A stretch of 61,591 nt of DNA from Gammaproteobacteria bacterium (GTDB taxonomy: Bacteria > Pseudomonadota > Gammaproteobacteria > S144-34). The stretch covers positions 1 to 61,591 of the forward strand of contig JALSJE010000073.1 in NCBI GenBank assembly GCA_026989495.1, in the 5' to 3' direction. Positions 49,661-59,090 of the stretch are shown here, piece after piece (position 1 is the stretch's first letter; every line of letters begins with the position of its first letter). The translations under genes were made by a program, and so were the position numbers. The notes beneath the pieces were generated by a model. It had not been told where the DNA came from and made no database searches. It was given only the letters and a program-made list of their open reading frames with translations.

Positions 49661-50404
49661 CTGCGCCCCGGTCCCGTGGGCGGTGGCGAGCGCCGCCGTG
49701 GGCACGGCGGTGGCCAGGAAGGCGCCCGTCGCAAGCTGGGCGGCCGCCGCCGCCGCAACCCCGGCGGCCAGGCCCGGACGGGCGGCGCGCAGGAGCCGCC
49801 ATGCCAGCATTCCGGCCGCGAGGGCGAGGCCCACCGCCACCGCCCGGTGGGCCAGATGGAGCGGGGCGGCGGGTCCCGCATCCGCGCCGCACAGAGGCAG
49901 CCCCGGGCAGTCGGCCACGGAGAAGCCCGCCGCGATCGTTCCCCCGTTCACGGCCGCGAGTCCCGCGAACGCGGCCACCAGCAGCCCGAGGCGCCGGACG
50001 CCGGGCTCCGGCGTCCCCGGCGCGGCGAGCCAGGCGAGGGCACCCGCCAGGGCCCAGCCGCCCAGCAGGTTAGCCAGCGTCACCGCATCGCGTGCCGCAT
50101 CGCCCGAGAGCGGCCCGATGAGCGCGAGCCCCGCCACGGCGCCGGCCGCCAGCGTGGCGGCGGCGCGCCCGTCGCGCGTGCGCCACGCCCGCACCAGCAG
50201 CCACGCCACCAGCACGAGGACGAGGAGGGCGAGCATGCGGTGGGCGGGGCGCAGCCCGGCAGGTATGGTGAAGACCGCTTCGCCGTAGCATGAGGGCCAC
50301 GGCTGGCAGCCCAGCCCCGAGCGCAGATGCCGCACGTATGCGCTCAGCGCACCCAGGACCACCGTCGCGGCCGCCGCCGCTGACGACCATTCTCTCAGCG
50401 ACAT
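49619..50404 (-). CDS. Atypical CtaA-like heme-modifying protein
   Basis: SGLGCQPWPSC, AHR, NLLGG (His replaced by Asn), CPGLPLC, AHR, AHG; divergent from the oxidase operon. Confidence 0.78.
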   Translation of the reverse strand: MSLREWSSAAAAATVVLGALSAYVRHLRSGLGCQPWPSCYGEAVFTIPAGLRPAHRMLALLVLVLVAWLLVRAWRTRDGRAAATLAAGAVAGLALIGPLSGDAARDAVTLANLLGGWALAGALAWLAAPGTPEPGVRRLGLLVAAFAGLAAVNGGTIAAGFSVADCPGLPLCGADAGPAAPLHLAHRAVAVGLALAAGMLAWRLLRAARPGLAAGVAAAAAAQLATGAFLATAVPTAALATAHGTGAQLLFLLGLAIGRRR

Positions 50405-50706
50405 GACGGCTCGGGACAGGGCGGGTGGCACCGAACGGCCCGCCGCCTGATGCCGGGCCGCCTGGGGGCTGCTCCTCTCCCGTCTCTCATCGCGTGCCGT
50501 GCGCGCGCGCCTCGCGGCTCCCCGGGGGCAGGGGTGAATCCCGACAGGCGGCCTCCTCCGGACCTGTGCCTTCTCCGAACACGACAGTGCAAGCCCTGCA
50601 GGGTGCGGCGGGCACGGCCGCCGGAGGGCCCCGCAACTGACATCGCGCAGAAGACGGCAGGTGCGGCCGCCGACTCCTGCGCGCCGCGGCATTGTGGCGC
50701 AATCAC

Positions 50707-50720
50707 TTGACCTCCATCAA
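50707..50720. promoter_or_regulatory. FNR box TTGACCTCCATCAA
   Basis: One mismatch to TTGAT-N4-ATCAA, ~100 bp upstream of the operon. Confidence 0.72.
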
Positions 50721-50820
50721 GGAGATGTCTGCGTCCGAAAACTAGAAAACCTGACATGATCCATCCGGAGGCGATGCACGATCGTGGATTCGGGGCCCTT
50801 ACAGAGAGAGGAGCGGAGCG

Positions 50821-51012
50821 ATGGCAGAGCACGAAGACCAGGCGCGCAAAGAGGAAGGGGGGTCGATGGATCAGTTTGGGGCCGACGTGCCCGTCATGCA
50901 GCGCATCCTCGACAGCCCATTCCTGCTCCTGTTCCTGGGAATCACGATCCCCACCGTCTTCTATCTCGTCTGGGGAATCATGGAGATCATCAGCATCCCG
51001 ATCGCGAAATGA
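50821..51012 (+). CDS. Small single-TM subunit (subunit IIa-like)
   Basis: VP.MQR.LD.PFLLLFLG...Y..WG..EI; first gene of the operon. Confidence 0.75.
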   Translation: MAEHEDQARKEEGGSMDQFGADVPVMQRILDSPFLLLFLGITIPTVFYLVWGIMEIISIPIAK

Positions 51013-51076
51013 GGGGATGGGACGGGGGTGACGCCGGCAAGCGGCCGCGGAACGACAACAACCACGAGGTACGGTC

Positions 51077-51613
51077 ATGAGCGCGATTCTACCGCCTGCA
51101 CAGCGGCTCTGGTGGAAGGAGCCGGTCGAGCGCATCGAGATCGTCTGGATCGTCCTGGCGTTCGTCTGGTGCCTGATCCTCACCTTCATGATGCCCTACT
51201 GGCACGTCTTCGGTAAGCAGAACCTCTCCAACGAGGCCTACCGCACGACGCCGCAGGCCTTCGCCGCGAAGGCGCAGGCCGTGGTCGACAAGTGGAAGGT
51301 GCGCGAGGTGGGCGGCGTGCCCGTGGTCAGGCCCCCCGCCGGTGCCGATATCTACCTCGTCGGGAGGCTGTGGCAGTGGTGGCCGGCCTACGAGCTCAAG
51401 AAAGGCGAGAGCTACCGTCTGCACCTGTCGTCGCTCGACTGGCAGCACGGCTTCTCTCTCCAGCCGGTCAATATCAACACGCAGGTGCTGCCGGGGTACG
51501 AGATGGTGATCACGATAACGCCGAACGAGGCGGGCGAATACACCATCGTCTGCAACGAGTACTGCGGTATCGGGCACCACAACATGCTCGGCAAGATCTT
51601 CGTGGTGGACTGA
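51077..51613 (+). CDS. Heme-copper oxidoreductase subunit II (CuA), B-family/eNOR type
   Basis: One TM helix, HGFS, CNEYCGIGHHNM. Confidence 0.92.
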   Translation: MSAILPPAQRLWWKEPVERIEIVWIVLAFVWCLILTFMMPYWHVFGKQNLSNEAYRTTPQAFAAKAQAVVDKWKVREVGGVPVVRPPAGADIYLVGRLWQWWPAYELKKGESYRLHLSSLDWQHGFSLQPVNINTQVLPGYEMVITITPNEAGEYTIVCNEYCGIGHHNMLGKIFVVD

Positions 51614-51626
51614 GGGGGGAGCAGCC

Positions 51627-53330
51627 ATGGCCGTCGATCGCACCTTCCGCATCTGCCCCCAGACGGGGCTCGCCTACCATCGGTCCGCCGAGCAGCTCAT
51701 GAAGGCCCATGCCGTCGCCGGCGTGGTGGCCCTGCTGGTGGGCGGTGTGCTCGCGCTGTTCGTGGCGCTCACCCGCTGGCCGGCCGTGCACATGCTGCCG
51801 GCGGACAGGTTCTACCAGGCGCTCACGGCGCACGGCATCGACATGCTGATCTTCTGGATCATCTTCTTCGAGATCGCCGTGCTCTACTTCACCTCCTCCA
51901 CCCTGCTGCGGGCCCGCCTGGCCTCGCCGCGCGTCGGGTGGGCCGGGTTCGCCCTTATGGTGATCGGCGCCTTGATCACCAACTGGGCCATTCTGCGCGG
52001 CAAATCCAGCGTGATGATGACCTCCTACGTGCCCATGCCGGCCGAGCCCAGCTTCTACCTGGGGCTCATCCTGTTCGCGGTGGGGGCGCTGATCGGCTGC
52101 TTCATCTTCCTCGCCACGCTGGTTATCGCGCGCTACGAGCGCACCTATGAAGGCTCCATCCCGCTGGTCACCTTCGGGGCGCTCACGGCCTGCATCATCG
52201 CCATCCTCACCATCGCCAACGGCGCCATCATCCTGATCCCCACCTGGCTGTGGTCGCTGGGATACATATCCAATATTGACCCCCTCATGTACCGCGTCGT
52301 GTGGTGGGCCTTGGGGCATCCTTCTCAGCAGATCAACGTCTCGGCCCATGTGGCAGTGTGGTACGCCATCGCGGCCATCGTCTTCGGCGCCAAGCCCATG
52401 TCGGAGAAGGTCAGCCGGATGGCCTTCCTGCTCTACATTCTGTTCCTGCAGCTCGCCTCGGCCCACCATCTGCTCGTCGACCCCGGGGTGAGCGCGGAAT
52501 GGAAGATGTTCAACACCAGCTACGCCATGTATCTGGCGGTGCTGGCGAGCATGATCCACGGGCTGACGGTCCCGGGCTCGATCGAGGTGGCCCAGCGGCG
52601 CAAGGGCTACACCAAGGGCCTGTTCGAGTGGCTGCGCAAGGCGCCGTGGGGCAACCCCGTCTTCTCGGGGATGTTCATCTCGCTGGTGGTGTTCGGTTTC
52701 CTCGGGGGTATCTCCGGGGTGGTGATGGGTACCGAGCAGATCAACATCATCATCCACAACACCATCTACGTGCCCGGTCACTTCCATGCCACCGTGGCCA
52801 CCGGCACCACGCTCGCCTTCATGGCGCTCACCTACTTCCTCATCCCCACGCTGTTCCGGCGTGAGCTCATCATGCAGGGCCTTGCCAAGTGGCAGCCCTA
52901 CATCTTCGGCATCAGCATGGCGGTGCTGTCGCTGTTCATGATGGGCGCAGGCACGCTGGGCGTGGCCCGCAGGCACTGGGACATGGCATTCGCCGGCAAC
53001 CCACTCGGCTTCGAGTATCCCACCACCGCCTATCTGATGATGGGTCTGGTGGGGATCGCGGGCGTCGGCGCGGTGATCGGCGGCGCGGCCTATATCCTTA
53101 TTACGGTGGGATCGATCCTCTTCGGGCGGAAGCTCCCCGCCGGCGAGATCACCACGCAGCCGGAGCCGGTGCGCGCCCCCGTATCCGAGGCCTTGGAGGG
53201 CCATGGCGGCGGGGTGGGTGTGCTGGAGGCGCGCGGCACCTTCGCGCTGGCCATGCTCCTGCTCGTGAGCTTCGTGATCTACTACTTCATCAACTGGAAG
53301 TACCTGGCCTCGGTCTGGGGCCTGAGCTGA
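51627..53330 (+). CDS. Heme-copper oxidoreductase subunit I, eNOR-type nitric oxide reductase
   Basis: All six His present (TAHG, GHPSQQIN, AHH, GHFH); Gln sits at the position of the cross-linked Tyr of HPxVY. Confidence 0.85.
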   Translation: MAVDRTFRICPQTGLAYHRSAEQLMKAHAVAGVVALLVGGVLALFVALTRWPAVHMLPADRFYQALTAHGIDMLIFWIIFFEIAVLYFTSSTLLRARLASPRVGWAGFALMVIGALITNWAILRGKSSVMMTSYVPMPAEPSFYLGLILFAVGALIGCFIFLATLVIARYERTYEGSIPLVTFGALTACIIAILTIANGAIILIPTWLWSLGYISNIDPLMYRVVWWALGHPSQQINVSAHVAVWYAIAAIVFGAKPMSEKVSRMAFLLYILFLQLASAHHLLVDPGVSAEWKMFNTSYAMYLAVLASMIHGLTVPGSIEVAQRRKGYTKGLFEWLRKAPWGNPVFSGMFISLVVFGFLGGISGVVMGTEQINIIIHNTIYVPGHFHATVATGTTLAFMALTYFLIPTLFRRELIMQGLAKWQPYIFGISMAVLSLFMMGAGTLGVARRHWDMAFAGNPLGFEYPTTAYLMMGLVGIAGVGAVIGGAAYILITVGSILFGRKLPAGEITTQPEPVRAPVSEALEGHGGGVGVLEARGTFALAMLLLVSFVIYYFINWKYLASVWGLS

Positions 53331-53339
53331 GCGAGGCGC

Positions 53340-53368
53340 GAGGCGGCGGGGCCCGGCCCCGCCGCCTC
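53340..53368. terminator. Hairpin after subunit I
   Basis: GAGGCGGCGGGGCC-C-GGCCCCGCCGCCTC. Confidence 0.5.
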
Positions 53369-53384
53369 ATGCCGGGGGGCCTCC

Positions 53385-54296
53385 ATGCGGGCGGGATCGG
53401 CGGCACGGGTGCAGGCGGAAGCAGATGCGGGCAGGCTGCAGGCCTTCCTCGGCCTCTGGAAGCCCCGCATCGGAATGGCCATCGGCTTCACCGGGGTCAC
53501 GGGCTACGCGCTGGCCGCCGGTCCCGCCTTCGATCCCGTGCTCGCCGCCTGGCTGTTTGCGGGGATGATGCTCGCGGCGGGAGGTGCCGGCGCCTTCAAC
53601 CAGTATGTGGAGCGCGACCTGGACGCGCGCATGCGCCGCACGCGCTCGCGTCCCTTCGTCACGGGCGAGTTCCGTGCCGGACCGCACTGGCTCATGGCCA
53701 TCGCGCTCGTCACGGGCACCGGGGTGGCGCTCACCGCCTGGCGCGCAGGCCCGTGGGCCGCCGTGGGGACGGCGCTCGGCACGCTCGTCTACGCGGTGGT
53801 CTACACCCTGTGGCTCAAGCGGCGCACGCATTGGAACATCGTGATCGGGGGGCTGGCGGGGAGCCTGGCCCTGCTCGCGGGCGCGGGGGCCGTCTCGGGC
53901 CAGGCCATGGGTGCGCCGCTGGTGGTGGCCTTCGCCGTGGTCCTGTTCCTCTGGACCCCCTCGCACTTCTGGAGCCTCGCCATCGCCCTGCGCAGCGACT
54001 ACGAGGCGGCGGACGTGCCCATGCTGCCGGCGGTGGCCGGCCCGCGGCATACCGCGCGTGTGGTGCTCGCCAACACGGTGGTCCTGGTGGCGGCCAGCTT
54101 CGTCCCGGCCGCCCTGGGGCTCGGCCCCGTCTACGGTCTGGTGGCCGCGGGCGCCGGGGCACTGTTCCTCTGGCACAATCTGCGCCAGGTGCGCGCACCC
54201 ACGCCCGCGTCCGGGCGCGCCAACTTCCGCGTCTCTCTCGTGCATCTCGCCCTGCTGCTGGGGGCGGCCACGCTCGCCGCCACCGGTATCTGGTAG
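53385..54296 (+). CDS. ctaB: Heme O synthase (protoheme IX farnesyltransferase)
   Basis: KPRI, NQYVERDLDARMRRTRSRP, YTLWLKRRT, WTPSHFW, VPMLP. Confidence 0.94.
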   Translation: MRAGSAARVQAEADAGRLQAFLGLWKPRIGMAIGFTGVTGYALAAGPAFDPVLAAWLFAGMMLAAGGAGAFNQYVERDLDARMRRTRSRPFVTGEFRAGPHWLMAIALVTGTGVALTAWRAGPWAAVGTALGTLVYAVVYTLWLKRRTHWNIVIGGLAGSLALLAGAGAVSGQAMGAPLVVAFAVVLFLWTPSHFWSLAIALRSDYEAADVPMLPAVAGPRHTARVVLANTVVLVAASFVPAALGLGPVYGLVAAGAGALFLWHNLRQVRAPTPASGRANFRVSLVHLALLLGAATLAATGIW

Positions 54297-54307
54297 GCGG
54301 ATCCGCC

Positions 54308-55081
54308 ATGCGTGCGCTGGCGACGCTCCTGCTCGCGGCCGTGGCGCTGCCGGCGGCGGCGCTCGACCCCGAGCGCGCGCTGGCCGTGAGCCAGGCCGCC
54401 ATCGGCCGGCAGGTCTCCGACCACGTGCTCGTGCGCGCCGACGGCACCACGCTGCGGCTCTCGGAGCTCGCCGGCGTGCCCCTCGTGGTGAGCCTGGTCT
54501 ACACCGGCTGCTACCGGATCTGCCCCACCACCACGCGGCATCTGCTGCGGATGGCGCGGCTTGCGCGCAAGGCCCTGGGGCCCGGGCGCTTCAAGGTGCT
54601 GGTGATCGGCTTCGACACCGCACAGGACACCCCCGAGGCCATGCAGGTCTACGCGCGCAAGCAGGGCGCGGCAGGCGAGCCGGACTGGCTCTTCCTGAGC
54701 GCCGACGCCCGCACCGCCCGGGCGCTCGCCCGCGAGCTGGGCTTCGTCTATGAGCCCTCCCCGCGCGGATTCGACCACCTGCTCCAGGTGAGCGTGCTCG
54801 ACGGCGAGCGCCGCGTCTACCGCCAGGTCTACGGCGACGCCTTCACGGCGCCCCAGCTCGTCGAGCCCCTCAAGGAGCTGGCCCTGGGCCGGCGTGCGGA
54901 CAAGGGCCTGCTCGCCCACCTCGCGGATCGCGTGCGGCTCTTCTGCACCACCTACGACCCGTCCACGGGGGCGTACCGCTTCGACTACTCGCTCTTCATC
55001 GGCCTCACCATCGCGGCCCTCATCCTCCTGTCCACGCTGGCCTTCCTCGTGCACGAGCTGCGCCGCCGGGGCGCTTCTTGA
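54308..55081 (+). CDS. SCO1/SenC copper chaperone with C-terminal TM helix
   Basis: YTGCYRICP, FDH, YG..F, FC..YDP..G.Y. Confidence 0.9.
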   Translation: MRALATLLLAAVALPAAALDPERALAVSQAAIGRQVSDHVLVRADGTTLRLSELAGVPLVVSLVYTGCYRICPTTTRHLLRMARLARKALGPGRFKVLVIGFDTAQDTPEAMQVYARKQGAAGEPDWLFLSADARTARALARELGFVYEPSPRGFDHLLQVSVLDGERRVYRQVYGDAFTAPQLVEPLKELALGRRADKGLLAHLADRVRLFCTTYDPSTGAYRFDYSLFIGLTIAALILLSTLAFLVHELRRRGAS

Positions 55082-55091
55082 CCCGGATCAT
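55078..55091. promoter_or_regulatory. FNR-like box TTGACCCGGATCAT
   Basis: Overlaps the SCO stop codon, upstream of the cytochrome b fusion. Confidence 0.4.
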
Positions 55092-55524
55092 GGTTGGGCC
55101 GCTCACGCGGGCCCTAGCATCATCGGTATGAGATCCATCCCGTGCGCACCCCCATCCGGAACCGTGGCGGCCGCCGCAGGTGCGGCGCGGTTGCGGACGC
55201 GCGGGATGGGGTGCGGGCGGCGATGCGGTCTGCGCGGGACGCGAGGACCGACGCTCGCGCTCGGCGCCGGGCCGCGCTGCCTGCGACTGGCCTTCGCGCC
55301 GCTGCGCGGCGCTTCGGCCCCGTGTCCGCGCGGCCGTCCCCGGCCGGCGACGCCCGCGCATCCCGCCTCCCCACACGCACGGGGGAGGGTGTGGGGGTGA
55401 GCGAGGCGCGCCGCAGCGCCCTCAGGTGGGGGGATCTGATTCTGTCGTCGCGCTCGAACCCCATCCGCCTGCGGTGGAATCCGGCAGGGAGGGCAGCGCC
55501 GACGCGGGGCGAGGAGGAGGGCAG

Positions 55525-57099
55525 GTGCAGGCGCTGCTGAGGCTGCTGCGGCGGGGATTCGAGCCCCTGGAGGCGGTCGGCTACCGCCTCTTCGGCGGCG
55601 AGAGCCCCTTCCACCATCTGGGCGCGCTCACCATCTACCTGTTCTGGATCGTGCTGGTGAGCGGCATCTACGTCTTCGCCTTCTACCACACGAGCGTCGC
55701 GGGGGCCTACGAGTCGGTCCAGCGCCTGACCGAGGAGCAGTGGTGGCTGGGCGGGGTCATGCGCAGCCTCCACCGCTACGCCTCGGATGCGGCCGTGCTC
55801 ACCCTGGGGCTGCACATCTTCCGCGAACTCTCGCGTGACCACCACCGCGGGCCGCGCTGGTTCTCCTGGATCACCGGGGTGCCCAACCTGTGGATGGTCT
55901 ACATGCTGGGCATCACGGGCTACTGGATGGTGTGGGACGAGCTCGCCCAGTACATCGCCGTCGCCACCGCCGAGCTCCTCGACTGGCTGCCCATCTTCAC
56001 CGACCCCATGGCGCGCAACTTCCTCACGGAGGGCAGCCTGGGCGACCGCTTCTTCACCCTGCTCGCCTTCCTGCACCTGCTGGGCCTGCCCCTCATTCTG
56101 GTGGGCACCGTCTGGCTCCACATCCAGCGCATCAGCCGCCCGCGCATCAACCCGCCGAGGCGGCTGGCGCTGGGGACCCTGCTGGCCCTGCTCGCGCTTT
56201 CCTTCGTGCAGCCGGCGTCGAGCCACGCTCCGGCAGACCTCACGCGCGCGCCCCAGGTGCTCAGCCTCGACTGGTTCTACCTCGCCATCTATCCGCTCTA
56301 CGACCTGTTCGGTGCTGCGGTGGTGTGGGGGGTGCTGTGGGGCGGGACGCTGCTGCTGTGCGCGCTGCCGTGGCTGCCGCCGCGGCGGCGCGAGTCCGTG
56401 GCCGAGGTGGATCCGGCCTGGTGCAACGGCTGCCGGCGCTGCTTCGGCGACTGCCCCTATGGCGCCATCGAGATGGCGCCCCATCCCGACAAGCGCGGCA
56501 AGGAGATCTCGGTGGTCGACCCTGCCCTGTGCGTGAGCTGCGGGATCTGCGAGGGGGCCTGTCCCTCGGCCACCCCCTTCCGCAGCGTGCGAGAGCTGGT
56601 GAGCGGCATCGAGCTGCCCCAGTACCCGGTGCAGGTGCTGCGCGAGCGCGCGCGCGCTGCGGCCCGGCGCCTGAGCGGGCCGGTGCGCATCGTGGTTTTC
56701 GGGTGCCGGCATGCGGCCGACCCCGCGCAGGTGACGGGGCCGGACACCGCCTCGGTCCCTCTGGTGTGCGCAGGGATGCTGCCGCCTTCCCTCGTCGAGT
56801 ACCTCATCCGCCGCGAGGGCGTGGACGGGGTGGTGATCTCCGGCTGCCGCGCCGGGGACTGCGAGTACCGTCTCGGCACGCGCTGGGTCGAGGAGCGGCT
56901 GGCGGGCACGCGCGAGCCGCATCTGCGGCGCAACGTGCCGCGCGAGCGCATCGCCGTGTGCTGGAGCGGCCCAGACGCGGCCATGCTGCGTGCGTGCGTG
57001 GACGGGCTGCGCGCGCGGCTGGCCGCGCGGTCGCGCGCGGACGAGGCCGGCGGCGGGGCGCGTCCACCCGCGGCGGCGGCCGGAGGCGGCCATGGCTGA
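55525..57099 (+). CDS. Cytochrome b(6)-like / 2x[4Fe-4S] ferredoxin / MvhD-like fusion protein
   Basis: RSLHRY..LHIFR and FLH..WLH (four heme His); CNGCRRCFGDCP, CVSCGICEGACP; FGC..CAG..SGCRAGDC. GAGGAGGAGG RBS, GTG start. Confidence 0.88.
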   Translation: MQALLRLLRRGFEPLEAVGYRLFGGESPFHHLGALTIYLFWIVLVSGIYVFAFYHTSVAGAYESVQRLTEEQWWLGGVMRSLHRYASDAAVLTLGLHIFRELSRDHHRGPRWFSWITGVPNLWMVYMLGITGYWMVWDELAQYIAVATAELLDWLPIFTDPMARNFLTEGSLGDRFFTLLAFLHLLGLPLILVGTVWLHIQRISRPRINPPRRLALGTLLALLALSFVQPASSHAPADLTRAPQVLSLDWFYLAIYPLYDLFGAAVVWGVLWGGTLLLCALPWLPPRRRESVAEVDPAWCNGCRRCFGDCPYGAIEMAPHPDKRGKEISVVDPALCVSCGICEGACPSATPFRSVRELVSGIELPQYPVQVLRERARAAARRLSGPVRIVVFGCRHAADPAQVTGPDTASVPLVCAGMLPPSLVEYLIRREGVDGVVISGCRAGDCEYRLGTRWVEERLAGTREPHLRRNVPRERIAVCWSGPDAAMLRACVDGLRARLAARSRADEAGGGARPPAAAAGGGHG

Positions 57100-57598
57100 G
57101 CGCGCTGCGGCGCGGATGCTCGGGCAGGCGCTGGCCTATGCGGCATTCGCCGCTTTCGTGGGCCTTTTCGCCGTGCGCCCGGCCTGGACCCGCCTCCCGC
57201 CGGATACCGCCGAGCTCAAGGTGAGCATCGTGCACCGCGGCCAGCCCGTGGGCGAGTGCCGTGAGCGCACCGAGGAGGAGCTCGCGCGCCTGCCGCCCAA
57301 CATGCGCATCCGCGTGGTGTGTCCGCGCGAGCGGTCGCCGCTCGAGCTCGAGATCTACCTCGACGGGCGGCTGCTGCACCGTGAGATCAAGGCTCCCAGC
57401 GGGCTCCGGCACGACGGGCCGGCCTACATTTACCACCGCTTCGCCGTGCCGGCAGGGGAGCACATCGTGCGAGTCCGCCTGCGCGACAGCGTGCGCGTGG
57501 AAGGATATCCCTACGAGCGCGAGGAGCGGGTGCGGCTCGACCCCGGACGCTCGCTCGCTGTGGATTTCGATCCCCTCCAGGGTATCCGGTTCCGCTGA
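57092..57598 (+). CDS. Membrane-anchored periplasmic hypothetical protein
   Basis: Overlaps the upstream stop; N-terminal TM, H..C..NMR..CPRER, beta-rich domain. Confidence 0.8.
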   Translation: MAERAAARMLGQALAYAAFAAFVGLFAVRPAWTRLPPDTAELKVSIVHRGQPVGECRERTEEELARLPPNMRIRVVCPRERSPLELEIYLDGRLLHREIKAPSGLRHDGPAYIYHRFAVPAGEHIVRVRLRDSVRVEGYPYEREERVRLDPGRSLAVDFDPLQGIRFR

Positions 57599-57607
57599 GG
57601 TGCACAG

Positions 57608-59020
57608 ATGGAGGAGGTGAGCGGCATATTGCGGACGGGGGAGCGCGTGCCCGCGCGCACGCGTGTCGTGCAGGCCTACGCGCTGCCGGTGCCCGCGGGC
57701 GTGGCCGCAGCGCTCGCGCGCGGCTGGCTCCGGCTGGGTGTGGGGGCGCTGCTGCTGTCGGGGCTCTTCTCCGTCCTCATCGTGCTGTCCCGCGCCCCGG
57801 GCGTGGCCGAGCGCCTGCCGTGGACCAACCTCTTCCACACGGCGCTGGTCGTGCATGTGGACCTGTCGGTGCTGGTGTGGTTCCTGGCCTTCGCGGGCGT
57901 GCTCTGGAGCCTGCACGGGGCCGAGCGTGCGCCCGCGCTCGGACGTACGGCGCTTGCACTGTCCACTGTCGGCACGGGGGTGATGGCCGCCGCCCCCTTC
58001 CTGGGCGCGGACCGGCCGCTCATGAGCAACTACATCCCGGTGCTGGACCATCCCCTGTTCCTGGCGGGGCTGCTCCTCTTCGGCGCGGGCTGCCTCGTGC
58101 AGCTCGCGCGCGCGCTGACGCTGGCTCCACCCGTGGGGCCTGCCATCACGGGTGAGGGTGCGCTGCGCTTCGGCATCAACACGGCCTCGGTAGCGGCGGG
58201 CATGGCCGTGCTGGCCTTCGCCTGGTCCTGGCTGCTGCTGCCGGAATTTCTTGCCGGCAAGGAGCGTTACGAGCAGCTCTTCTGGGGCGGCGGGCACGTG
58301 CTGCAGTACGTGCACACCCAGCTCATGCTGGTGGCCTGGCTGTGGCTCGCCCAGCAGGCGGGCCTGCGCCTCGCGCTCACGCCCCGGGTGGTGGTGGTGC
58401 TGTTCGCCTGGGGGCTGGTCACCGTCTTCCTCACCCCGCTCATCTATCTCGCCTTCGAATTCGGCTCGGTCCCGCACCTGCGGGCCTTCACCTGGATGAT
58501 GGCCTTCGGCGGAAGCCTCGCCGCCGCCCCCATCGGGCTCGCCGTGCTGGTGGGGCTGGCCCGGGCCGGCCCTGCCACGGGCGATGGGTCCGTCGCGCGC
58601 AGCGGGCTTGCGGCCTCGCTGCTGCTCTTCGGAGTGGGCGGGCTGCTCGGCTTCGCCATCGAGGGCGGAGACGTGCGCGTGCCGGCCCATTACCACGGGA
58701 GCATCGTCGGCATCACCCTCGCCTTCATGGCGCTCGCCTACCTGCTCATGCCGTGCCTGGGGCTCGGCCGGCCGCCGGTGCGGCTGGCGCGCTGGCAGCT
58801 GCGCCTCTACGCCGGCGGGCAGCTCCTGCACGTGCTGGGGCTGGCCTGGTCCGGCGGCTACGGCGTGCCGCGCAAGACGCCCGGCGCCGCCCAGGGGCTC
58901 GACACGCTGCCCGAGATCCTCGGCATGGCGGTGATGGGCGTGGGCGGGCTGCTCGCCATCGTCGGCGGCATGCTCTTCGTGGTCGCGGCGGGCATGGCCC
59001 TGGCGCGTCACACGAATTGA
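57608..59020 (+). CDS. Degenerate heme-copper oxidase subunit-I-like membrane protein
   Basis: About 12 TM helices; VHVD, FWGGGHVLQY, PAHYHG, G..G.PRK; no HH pair in helix VII. Confidence 0.78.
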   Translation: MEEVSGILRTGERVPARTRVVQAYALPVPAGVAAALARGWLRLGVGALLLSGLFSVLIVLSRAPGVAERLPWTNLFHTALVVHVDLSVLVWFLAFAGVLWSLHGAERAPALGRTALALSTVGTGVMAAAPFLGADRPLMSNYIPVLDHPLFLAGLLLFGAGCLVQLARALTLAPPVGPAITGEGALRFGINTASVAAGMAVLAFAWSWLLLPEFLAGKERYEQLFWGGGHVLQYVHTQLMLVAWLWLAQQAGLRLALTPRVVVVLFAWGLVTVFLTPLIYLAFEFGSVPHLRAFTWMMAFGGSLAAAPIGLAVLVGLARAGPATGDGSVARSGLAASLLLFGVGGLLGFAIEGGDVRVPAHYHGSIVGITLAFMALAYLLMPCLGLGRPPVRLARWQLRLYAGGQLLHVLGLAWSGGYGVPRKTPGAAQGLDTLPEILGMAVMGVGGLLAIVGGMLFVVAAGMALARHTN

Positions 59021-59030
59021 TCCAGATCAA
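59017..59030. promoter_or_regulatory. Perfect FNR box TTGATCCAGATCAA
   Basis: Exact consensus, ~60 bp upstream of the fnr-like gene. Confidence 0.8.
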
Positions 59031-59090
59031 TACTGGCGGTGGGGGTGGCCCGCATGCTGGGCCGCACGGGACTGTTTTCTGCGCAGGATC

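Noticed and set aside
51627-53330. Ordinary aa3/ba3 cytochrome c oxidase
   Set aside because: The helix VI cross-linking Tyr is absent (HPSQQ).
57608-59020. cbb3 oxidase subunit CcoN
   Set aside because: No HH CuB pair, no CcoN motifs, and no ccoOQP genes.
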